A DNA stretch of 64,000 bases from Elusimicrobiota bacterium (GTDB lineage: Bacteria > Elusimicrobiota > Elusimicrobia > F11): contig JBGAON010000003.1 in assembly GCA_044221725.1 (NCBI GenBank), positions 224,001 to 288,000 on the forward strand. Reading direction: 5' to 3'. The notes under the pieces were generated by a model. That model was not told the origin of the DNA, searched no databases, and worked only from the letters and a program-made list of their open reading frames with translations. This document shows, in pieces, positions 15,001 through 19,286 of this stretch (its first letter is position 1; each line of letters opens with the position of its first letter). The position numbers and the translations under genes were made by a program.

Positions 15001-18000
15001 GGAAACGGCGGAACGTCGGCGTCACCGGTGTGGTTCTCGCGCGACGATTGGAGTCGCGATTTGAACGGCACGACAACTGGTGTGTTGCGGGGCACGCATG
15101 GAAACGTGCCGGCGTGGACGGATTACAGCTACCGCGTGCTCGCGAAAAATCAAAATGGAGTTTTGACCGCGCTCTCGAGCACGAGCACCGTTCGAACCGT
15201 GCCACAAAAACCGGCGCTCGCGGCGGCGGTACTTAACAACGACGAAGTGCAGCTCAGCTGGGGCGCTATGGGCTCCATCGGTTTCCAGGCGTACGTGTCG
15301 CTCGACGGCGTAAACTTTGTTCCATACTTCGATTCGGTGCCGGTCGGAACCACGGTTCATTACATGATTCCGCCCGCGAACGGAACGACCACGTACATTC
15401 CGGCGGGTCTTACCGAAACGCGTCATGACGTTGATGGCGGCACGCCCGCGGATGCGTCACCGCTCGCGTACGTCAGTGCGACCTCGACGACGATAAAATT
15501 CCAGTGGACGCCGGTCGCGAATCCCGAGGCCGCCACGATTCGTTACTACAAATTGGCCGGTGTGGGCGTGTTCGATCAACAAGGCGAACCGTCGGATATT
15601 CTCCCGGCGCAAGTGCAACCCATCATTAAGAGCTATGACATCTTTGGAGAAAAAGGCAACGTGCCGGGCTACGTCTATCCGGCGTTGCCGCCGGGCCCCA
15701 CCGGGGATGTGACGGGCCTCACACCAAACACAAAGCTAAACGTGCGCGTGCGCGCTCGCTCGTCGGACGATATTACGGGTCAGGTTTCGGCGGCGGTGGT
15801 TGCGTACTCGTTGGCGAACATTCCCAATCAGCTCGTGGTCGCCCCGGGCTTTGATGAATCGCACGGCGCTTTCTTAAACATCGATTTCTCGTCGAACGGC
15901 AACTCGACGCCGACCGAGTACGCGGTGCGGATGGTGCAACGCGACTACGAAGTGCTTTCGTCGAGCTGGGTCGACAATGTGGGTGGCGTTCTCGGCACGC
16001 CGACATGGTTGCCACAAACGCATTGGATCCACACGCATCTGCGCACAGCGACAACCTATTATTACGAGGTTTACGCGCGCAACGGGTCCGGCATTCAGGC
16101 TGGACCGTCCACGATGGGTTCCGGCGTAACGGTTTCGTTGCCACCGCCAAGCTTGCTGCGTGGAAAAGGCTTTTCACCGACGGAAATTAACTGGATGTGG
16201 AAAGACAACGCGACCGACGAAGCCGGCTTCCGCGTGATCGCGAATGTTAACGGCACGCCAACCGTGATGGCCGAACGGTTGTTCTCCGATCCGCAGAACG
16301 GAACTCCCGACGGAGTAAATGTTGTCGAAACCGGACTCGCGGGCCCGAACCGTCCGTACACGCGCACCGTGGTCGCGTTCACGGCGCGAGGCAACAGTTT
16401 GCCGTCAAACGAATTTACCGCGTACACAATGGCCACCACGCCGGACGTCGAGTCGACGAACCACCAAGCGAGCGTGCTCAGTCAGGAAATCAAATTCAAA
16501 TTTAAAAACAACCTGCCGTTTGGTGAAGGCACCGCGGCCTACTACCGCGTGAAATTTACGACGGCGACGACCTACACGTTCATCGGCAACGAAGAGCGTT
16601 GGGACGACCCGGCGCAGGTGAAAGAATTTACGCGCGACATCGTGGCCAGTTACACCACGTGGTACCTGCACGTGATGAGCTACAACCAAAACAACGATCC
16701 GTCGATCGCGAAACCGTTTGGTCCGTATCCGCTGTTCCAAGACGTTGTTCCACCGGAAGTGAGCGACCTCACGCAAGATGGTTCCAGTGCGTTTAACGGA
16801 GCGCGCCCCGTGTCGGAAGCGCCGATTGGTCAGCGGCAGTATCCGCTCCAGGACGTGTCGTTTGCCGCCTCCATTCCGTGGGCGCCCGTCGTGAACAGCG
16901 TGCACGTCATTGTGACGAAGCGTTTGGAGCCGACAACGTTAACTCCGGCAAACGTGGTCGTGACCGCAATCCAAGACAATCACAGTCAGCCGGTCGTGAC
17001 GCAGCCTGTGATCACTTACACGGTTACTTACGACGATGCGTCGAAGCAGGTTCATGTGCTTTTCTCGCAATTGCCGGCGGGTTATTTGCTTGATCTCACG
17101 TTCAACGCCGGCGTAAAAGATTTGGCCGGCAATTCGTTCGCGAAAGATTTCCATTACCTGTTCCGCACGTTCTACGACAAAGACAAAGAAAACGTGTTTG
17201 TGTTGAACGATGTGCCAGGCCAGCAGAAAACCACTCTCACGTTTGCGCCGAAGGCGCTCGGTGAATCGGGCTCCATCGGCGGCGAAGGAAGTCCCAAAGA
17301 TTTTGCGTACGGTTACGACGTGGGCGCATTAAACATCGCCACGCAAAAACTCGTTCGCGCGGGCGGCGATCAAGCGTTGCCGTTGTCGCTGCGCTATGTC
17401 GGCGGGTTTGGTCCGTCGCGCGCTCGAATGAGCGGCGAGCTTCAGAGTGGTATGACGATCAGCATTCCGTACCGCGACGATAACAACGATGGAATCATCG
17501 ATTCGGTCGCGAACGCGCCGGTTTCGGAGGGGGGGCCGCAAAGCCAAGATGGTTACGCGACCGCATCCGCGCCGATTCGCGTGGCCACGCTGCAACTGAT
17601 GGTGTTTGACGAAGACCATCAGATCTGGGTGAAGGTGCCGGGCGCCATCGTCGACAAACAAAACAAAGTTGTGCGCGGCACCGTATATCGAATGGGTGTG
17701 TTCGGCGTCGTTGGATCGCCGTCAAACGATGTTTCAAATTCGTACGCGTACCCGGTTCCGTTTGTGGCCTCGAAAGACAGCACGATCAAATTTATCAACC
17801 TACCGGATGATGGAACGATCCGCGTCTACACGGCCGAAACGGGTCAGCTTGCGAAAGAAATTCAATTCGCGCCGGGCCACCCGGACCCGATCGAGTGGGA
17901 CGTGAGGAACGAAAGCGGCGAAGCGCTTGGTTCCGGTGTTTATCTGTATCAGATCAAGTCCGGTGGGAACACGAAGAAGGAGAAAATTGTTATCGTCAGG

Positions 18001-18003
18001 TGA
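1..18003 (+). CDS. Giant secreted/surface protein (at least 6000 aa, 5'-truncated): FG-GAP/VCBS beta-propellers, many fibronectin type III/Ig-like domains, C-terminal T9SS-type (FlgD-Ig-like) sorting domain
   Basis: Frame +1 is open from base 1 (APKSAGATESTVVTGLQPNQTYFFGIKAVDENG, the end of an FN3 domain), so the GTG at 85 is internal. FG-GAP repeats (WGDYNGDGKLDLAIGG, AWRDYDNDGDLDLLVSG, FGDVDGDGKPDLAIMG) form two blocks at about 130-1240 and 1890-3050. Dozens of GL.PNT.Y...V.A.N FN3 units follow. The protein ends in YAYPVPF...IKFINLPDDGTIRVYT...WDVRNESGEALGSGVYLYQIKSGG...KIVIVR. Confidence 0.92.
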   Translation, partial: APKSAGATESTVVTGLQPNQTYFFGIKAVDENGHASALSNTPSAMAGLFELAQELPGLRYGAAAMGRVFDNNNQFVALGSSGAGVGQALVYGMTNGQFVLKQDLNKQLLSGTAAWGDYNGDGKLDLAIGGTEKFFSSTQTRLYFFRNSGTQLVEDTALALSFQPTSLAWRDYDNDGDLDLLVSGQTSVSTKFTRVYENRNGTFVQVWEKQIAGAAAWIDEDKDGWPDILISGNGFQANSSKTSVYKNVLTSQPTVYFSESLSTETISATLQGAVAVGDANRDGMSDIAMTGTDQAVPLKIFLNTSNGFSVNAPLDLGISLSSATMAWADLNHDGWSDLVVSGFDANVNRARLLVYLNNNGAFGVPFEPLGENAFAGGLALGNVDGDADIDVVASGEAAGGAARLTYLKNVLLDRGGSTNAAPGTITTSAPNVNGTNLILNWNIPTDDHTLSSAITYGVRVATMPLATANSFVKSFVAASPFVGNADINSATVRVRDGQTYYWSVRAIDGSFVEGPEAVGQSITVNGIPPGNISDLTATTGLQAKLSWTAPGADGNAGTATSYDLRYWQDGGSYATGTPYSIPAPKPAGTAESVGINGLKPNGVYYFALRAIDDGGLASSVSNISSATASSFGIAQSFFGNGVGLESAGLAAGDVNNDGNLDFVMVGASGTVSLTRVYESDGNGGFTIIDKDNLSNNFVGLQNAAVAVGDMDNSFGWLDFAIAGRGTNGESLKIYRQVSANQFAKTDLDQYGVVDGSLAFGDVDGDGKPDLAIMGQNASGTVYRLLVLRNSGTGLVHDPNWDLSASSGVAQGQIALADMDNDGKLDLVVLGRRNTAPFTSNLRIFPNTGNTAQPFAGGINVEDISFSYGSMATGDVDNDGDLDVIVNISAQPRLYRNKFSQTGVLGFDINKLGLPSLRNGQIAFADWNNDGFLDIAMSGVSGSTRKLMVVPQSVVGGQAFGFDLAQAQEILGPNQGLENSSLIFGDFDNDGDADLLVTGKDNSFPVSRQFYLLKNLDIDSSINPGRSNPKPTAPNLASVAYNYDGSILRIRWDASSDQNAAGASSADSLSYSIEVKSGDGSATFLSGAYGTPLFGDFIRPHKVGNKLEYQMRVLPFGQTNYNDRSVRIRAIDTSLQAGPWSSVSTVVLNKVSAPLNPQGAANSFDKITWSWDPPTVTEGLLGYRVTKLDGTPVSPNLPSDVTSWQESQLLSNTNYSRRIEAFNAIMSSASTSVTTKTLDRVFAGAPDAPTNLSVALPTGATIYDQLALAWQDASPSSPDRQAEGYNVERATAATGPYTQIATVIPAALTYVDGGLTANASYYYRVFGFNGTGGGVSSASSVSGRRTRQQKPVTPLFQNVYSSSMTIRWNTANSVGTRFEIWVSTDAGFSEYAPTIATQLTNAPTMQATINNLTALTTFYARVRTLSDSSDLPAVDADFVLVPGFAVTLAPVITLTKPALTSVGPLFDPQLYTQLQATWTAVTNALAYSLERSLTPTIGFSVVATANAPALTAVDPGPLSPDKIYYYRVRAINGANVSPYSDVVSTRTKSAPVDAWLTYDVNISSLIARWSRHGNPSSVSYQLIRSSRNFTEPLFTLLQTSTDNATINSLTPNTTYAFRIRSVNTNGIPSTLDYSDVQTKTVVTLAKIPTPLSYPAVGANFVTAAWDAGNPANPTGTVYTVQLALDAGFTSSVIQSTTAFTQFTFSNLANETVYFGRVKATNHAGMDTAWALLNSTMTLSSAYEINPPTNLLLTVISAHAMNLDWQDNSSNETAFAIDRSLNGSLWTLAATLPANTQTYLDQTGLLADTSYYYRVRALNDAISSQASNALFDVTLAEPPAFFTGGLTVTTTSLNAVWGPAGNPTSTRYEVRWASAPFANFTFAPLVTNTVYTIPSLQVNTTYQVDVRAWNGDVPSVPTAFVNLGTRATLAVSPSATSITPIYISSVVANCSPNENPAGTRYEFVASLNSNFSTTDAFLSTMPASNAVAIDGLAGGTTYYFRMRAINHGGVPTSPWVLFGTPDLVRTNDAPILTSTSPANPHFVFVASTTLNLAWDPTNNADDYRLRRRMNGGSPVEFLTGSVATNFTDGLSSVLTPNASYSYQVTALNGPYSTLPSVEITTVTLAAIPGALQSLSVTPTSLIVTWDPANNSQGTKYTVQVDPITNGTPSTTFRDVFLPSATISGLTPNTTVEIRVQAVNILGARTSFVFVVSTVTRANLPINVTNNVSINVATVTWNANSNPTDTRYEMNVSAGDTMNPNTQIYFNVSTSTRAVLNGLSANSTYTYTITSINRAGDRNASLPITFTTQPSPVTSGSLTVFVTSATVDTLTAGSNPPDTIYRFTARDLSTNIISQTQSASLPLTIQGLQSNTTHAFSLNAIGRTGSVSAVYAFANRATLANAPGAGGITNVGTNFVQSSWTANGNPGGTIYELEAVPVGTQTEIFAPRTTQLIAQVSPLNTNTSYDMYVRAVNRTGMLTPWTLLGTTTTLTANAVVGVPTNVAVRPPLDLVTTPELDLSWSAPVAVPGVPDPVGYDIFRDNNGVLTQIGSVAVAGPLTFVDTGSPSAPMLPNSIYSYRVAARSAGQNPVLNFSNLVSSATYAVKPTVSATVSSSTITTVKFFWDDNVNPNTPTYRAELSADNFQTVLAQQAVSQKTAIFVGLQPNTSYYARVRTIGLMNIETANTAIGIQVTLATRAIAGVPPFGTVTSNSIQANWSSTNPSETNFLVETSWSNGVGPSVTTSNPNTATVGSLFPNTNYTVTVTALNRVGVPSFPPTLLGTVKTGASVFISSPTDLIVTRPAGGETDRLLLAWQDNSSGAAEEDSFSIFRWSANESVTEVGQVPGVAGAGNQLTYTSTNLLPNKNYFFFVVARKGAELSLPSNNANATTWAAVPQWAPVALSRTDKSITATWTPDTNPLGTRYRLEVSSDNFATPFVIASSQTVGFTATINGLLSNAVYSVRVSAIDPVQGSFAIPVLSTNTLAAVPLPVLVGDAFEDFVSSITAHWFSNENVTDTAYTLKAYSDAALANQAGSVVVNQTQGTINGLAANTTYWFTVKAANRDGGFSPIFNLGPSVTLPSAFLLSATPPADNVLWRGRNVPVGSSFAFATDAFGNPSHAAYLRYLWIKDQPSFTWPSDDNQDLVPNIWRAGDGDRVIVASETGVYYLQVKAYSWANEGNPETEKSYGPFNVDVDTPTPNPEVIANVVRATNALTWVGSVASDPTPPTGAGLASQAYGWTFGNGAEKFQTESSSVTAGLSANTAYTMALRARDNAVPANITEPAAITAATSQNLPTGIVANEIQMTSATFTVQGTFPNVTVGRSGIQVKMVSNGNEIFSSTVQSTVVTVEGLRGNVTYDVFARAFNQDGFPTDWTTPISTTTRGTRPDITADKPPYPPAVYPGNTLVRFADKGAFQRGEVAYYKFLVTPYNYEPDSLTFSTGATRVDAGSWAYLFVRSQVSYVHIRSYDVSNRSLPGDYLMLGPWVIDADAPRILGVSSATVTGTTSMTFTIGESEDVGLAGFPANPFSFDNGATWVSQNVLVREDLTANTSYFADILVRDAVGNVSSPAIHLAAYTFQNIPTGVTVTSRSGNHVVVAAQGAFPNVETALSGLQFDTMPPGPTQPWLQVNSATFSFLSFNSSYSVTAKARNADGTETALSPETVVWTLAKPPRLVAVQGVEREWAKNPLFKFRALELPGLSTYDHFRIAWSTNPTYAFNGTLREQDWAPRALTDEFVTTATVSGRWYLHFVSVNRTGDIAFADPADRLSWFGYDVEAPSPNPAQFGTPVPSSNLITWFASNVTTDTLSGLNSSPYIWNFIGGANGGDTFTADPSSTTFALTPNKLYTQMLRVRDALGNTADAVQQSTYTLAATPSTFNSFRVYKTSVTAEWLTNLNPAGTIFTSQISVDGAFASVFETSRTVANAATFGAAPAPGALNANTTYYVRVRAENFANIPTAWIVLGTVTTRPDAPSVVVSTNSAAPYNPALIGGAFAVGTTFTGVSEIPLGTSIEYYRWVWDRNPTYGSFSGLEDRVDASRPLISTSPAAGGDYYLHVGSFHGGTIPFDEVIQSVNIGPFHVFGQTGSNPVAQAVEISSTSVRWRQNHANGSNFVDANCATSGGYYGFQLESGTTFWTCPDPVNPSIIDYVTTALMPNTTYTMNAYLRDSLGNITGPASATAATLQTTPTGVTASNIWTSSMSLTAQGNFFNTGAGTGEFQFTIARGLSVIQSPWLPTPSWNVPGGTLEANSRYSVTVKARNRTGNETNTSAPIIVVTLAEIPDAQKVRPALDADGNPLFVAGGYYPLGTNFTFVNNAGWASPEGKVQYYQVIADTNPTVADLNLFNNSNITTRWDSVDYSTRPTVSGSYYVHVRSYNSANVGGPVYNFGFLSLDGIAPTPNPMQLDHVDVYTTSVTWVAAAAQDEVGGSGLSASPYNFDYPNDVWRTSPSFTSNLNLLNLPIDPNTQVSINLAARDNAGNATTPLFASTFTYAVRPQLVGGVSIFTSSATLTWDGLRNSSFTVYQMGASQSADMSNATIQTIGTNVSSGTITGLQAATAYYIGVRAVNFYGHATEWRVAQAGMTDDTILPPAITSLNLFDTKADMTWVSLSPAGSTFEVLSNTGTILDTTPAPQNIGSVLTYRFQPLTANTTYTFGVRAHTPNNLISVYSSSVGVTLATAPVNGSLTIFVSSASASWTEGPNLIPGETLYELRASLASTLDQPADKKVFVRGTSGMVTGLSPDTSYYFAVRAINHAGVPTAWLNLGFAPTPVSPPVAPFSYTGLTPSAVNVGWGDGGNPATVHYVIQRSRDNFQTVDDSSDTFVTPWANTGLMFNTTYYFRGKSIGRLSSTNFVSFGSVVTLATAPVPGTLTPFVNRIDVTWTSNNNPAGTVYFAEASETPSFTSGLRSSSTTGLQTTIEGLAPDTTYYVRVTAVNFAGAATTPSVFGAPTATLAYTPVQPSLLAKWTAGALKNNVIVTISAGDLNPIQTLYAIYNANANVYLSGDGNGGTSASPVWFSRDDWSRDLNGTTTGVLRGTHGNVPAWTDYSYRVLAKNQNGVLTALSSTSTVRTVPQKPALAAAVLNNDEVQLSWGAMGSIGFQAYVSLDGVNFVPYFDSVPVGTTVHYMIPPANGTTTYIPAGLTETRHDVDGGTPADASPLAYVSATSTTIKFQWTPVANPEAATIRYYKLAGVGVFDQQGEPSDILPAQVQPIIKSYDIFGEKGNVPGYVYPALPPGPTGDVTGLTPNTKLNVRVRARSSDDITGQVSAAVVAYSLANIPNQLVVAPGFDESHGAFLNIDFSSNGNSTPTEYAVRMVQRDYEVLSSSWVDNVGGVLGTPTWLPQTHWIHTHLRTATTYYYEVYARNGSGIQAGPSTMGSGVTVSLPPPSLLRGKGFSPTEINWMWKDNATDEAGFRVIANVNGTPTVMAERLFSDPQNGTPDGVNVVETGLAGPNRPYTRTVVAFTARGNSLPSNEFTAYTMATTPDVESTNHQASVLSQEIKFKFKNNLPFGEGTAAYYRVKFTTATTYTFIGNEERWDDPAQVKEFTRDIVASYTTWYLHVMSYNQNNDPSIAKPFGPYPLFQDVVPPEVSDLTQDGSSAFNGARPVSEAPIGQRQYPLQDVSFAASIPWAPVVNSVHVIVTKRLEPTTLTPANVVVTAIQDNHSQPVVTQPVITYTVTYDDASKQVHVLFSQLPAGYLLDLTFNAGVKDLAGNSFAKDFHYLFRTFYDKDKENVFVLNDVPGQQKTTLTFAPKALGESGSIGGEGSPKDFAYGYDVGALNIATQKLVRAGGDQALPLSLRYVGGFGPSRARMSGELQSGMTISIPYRDDNNDGIIDSVANAPVSEGGPQSQDGYATASAPIRVATLQLMVFDEDHQIWVKVPGAIVDKQNKVVRGTVYRMGVFGVVGSPSNDVSNSYAYPVPFVASKDSTIKFINLPDDGTIRVYTAETGQLAKEIQFAPGHPDPIEWDVRNESGEALGSGVYLYQIKSGGNTKKEKIVIVR

Positions 18004-18007
18004 CGCT

Positions 18008-18334
18008 ATGAAAAAAATTACACTCGCATTTGCTGCTCTTGCCTTAAATTCGCTGGTTTTTGCGGAGCCCCATCCGTATCCGGTTCCTTTCACTCCGAGT
18101 CGAAACGCGGCCCACACCGCCATCACGTTCACCGATCTCGCGGGGGATGGTCGTATCCGGATTTACACCATCGACGGAAAATTGGTGAATGAGATCGGTA
18201 TCGCCCAGGGGCAACTCACCGTGGATTGGCCCGCCACAAATTCCAAAGGGGAAAAGGTGGCCACCGGCGTCTACATCTACAACATCGAGACGGGCGGCAG
18301 CTCCACGCAAGGGAAACTCGTCGTTATTCGCTAG
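18008..18334 (+). CDS. Small exported protein made only of a signal peptide plus a T9SS-type C-terminal sorting domain (108 aa)
   Basis: ATG 4 nt after the giant gene stop. MKKITLAFAALALNSLVFA is a typical signal peptide. The mature part PYPVPF...ITFTDLAGDGRIRIYTIDGKLV...WPATNSKGEKVATGVYIY...GKLVVIR aligns by eye with the CTD of the giant protein. Confidence 0.88.
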   Translation: MKKITLAFAALALNSLVFAEPHPYPVPFTPSRNAAHTAITFTDLAGDGRIRIYTIDGKLVNEIGIAQGQLTVDWPATNSKGEKVATGVYIYNIETGGSSTQGKLVVIR

Positions 18335-18719
18335 GTTGGCTAAGTTTCTTTAAAAGTTGTCCGAATTCCTTTTTGGTCATTCTGTGTTCTGCGATTTTTA
18401 TCATTGCTTCATAAAGCATTCGTTTCGGATCTTCGACATCGATTTCATTTAATTCCAGAAAGACCAGTGCAGCAGCAAGCGCTGTCCTTTTGTTTCCGTC
18501 AAGAAAAGGCTGATTTTGTGCTATGTGAAACGCGTAGGCGGCCGCCATGTCCTGTAGCGAGTCATGTAGAAATACGCCAGTGGACGTGGCTTGCGGAACC
18601 ATCATCGCCGATTCAAGAAGTCCCAGATCACGAATTCCGGCGCTTCCGCCGAAAACCTCGAGCTGTTGTTCGTGAAGATCCAGAATCTCGGCGAGCGTAA
18701 GAAAGAGCGGCTCGTTCAC
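18324..18719 (-). CDS. doc: Doc (death-on-curing)/Fic family toxin
   Basis: Contains LHEQQLEVFGGSAGIRDLGLLESA and AAAYAFHIAQNQPFLDGNKRTA (Fic motif). Its GTG start overlaps the antitoxin stop (GTGA). Confidence 0.92.
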   Translation of the reverse strand: MNEPLFLTLAEILDLHEQQLEVFGGSAGIRDLGLLESAMMVPQATSTGVFLHDSLQDMAAAYAFHIAQNQPFLDGNKRTALAAALVFLELNEIDVEDPKRMLYEAMIKIAEHRMTKKEFGQLLKKLSQPSE

Positions 18720-18943
18720 TTAGCCAGATCCTCAAATGTTTTGTGATGGCGCTTCATGATTTTTGCCGCGGCCTTTTTGAATTTCTCTTCCCGCTGGGCA
18801 TCCTTAATGGGTGAAACGATGAGATTTTTCCCGTCGGTGCTCAGTTCCAGGGGCGTGTCCATTGATATCTTCAATATATCGAGAATTGGTTTATCAATGA
18901 TAAGCGCTGCGCTGTTGCCATGTGCCGTTAAATGCTTGACCAT
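18716..18943 (-). CDS. AbrB/MazE/SpoVT family antitoxin (75 aa)
   Basis: MVKHLTAHGNSAALIIDKPILDILKISMDTPLELSTDGKNLIVSP is an AbrB fold pattern. A GGAGG RBS precedes the ATG at 18943, and the gene lies directly upstream of doc. Confidence 0.9.
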   Translation of the reverse strand: MVKHLTAHGNSAALIIDKPILDILKISMDTPLELSTDGKNLIVSPIKDAQREEKFKKAAAKIMKRHHKTFEDLAK

Positions 18944-18974
18944 AAAACCTCCCAAATGAAGTCCTTCGGATGGA

Positions 18975-19012
18975 AGTATATAGGATACACAAAGGATATA
19001 CAATGGATACAC
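18975..19012 (-). promoter_or_regulatory. Sigma70-type promoter of the AbrB-Doc operon with three overlapping 11-bp-period direct repeats (probable autorepression operator)
   Basis: On the minus strand: TTGTAT (19003-18998), 17 bp, TATACT (18980-18975). GGATAYAC occurs at 18983, 18994 and 19005. Confidence 0.7.
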
Positions 19013-19222
19013 CCAGGGAAGGGCGGCTGCTTCGTAATATCGGCGGGAACCTGTAGATGGTCTCAAAAGGACTGGCGCTGCCGGCGAATCTCCAGACTTT
19101 CTTGCGGTTAGACGAGCTGCCGAGATTCAATTAAGGTATTTTGAAGCGGCCGAGATATCGTTCGAATGATCCTCAGTGCTGCATAATAAGCTGTCTTTTC
19201 AGGCTATTTTTGGTGGCCTTTT

Positions 19223-19285
19223 TTAAGCCCTTCTTAACCTCGTCTTAAAGCGCCCTTAATCCAGCCTTGTTACAGTTTGGTTACA
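19223..19285 (+). promoter_or_regulatory. Putative PhoB/OmpR-type activated promoter of the PorV-TolC-RND operon
   Basis: TTAA at 19223, 19234, 19245 and 19256 (11-bp period). TTAAT (19256-60) is followed by 10 bp and TACAGT (19271-76). GTTACA occurs at 19269 and 19280. Confidence 0.55.
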
Positions 19286-19286
19286 T

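Noticed and set aside
17927..18007. Extended start for the small CTD protein
   Set aside because: It overlaps the giant gene, whereas ATG 18008 gives a clean signal peptide.
18944..19066. Extended N-terminus of the AbrB antitoxin (116 aa)
   Set aside because: The region contains the RBS and promoter, and the AbrB fold starts at ATG 18943.
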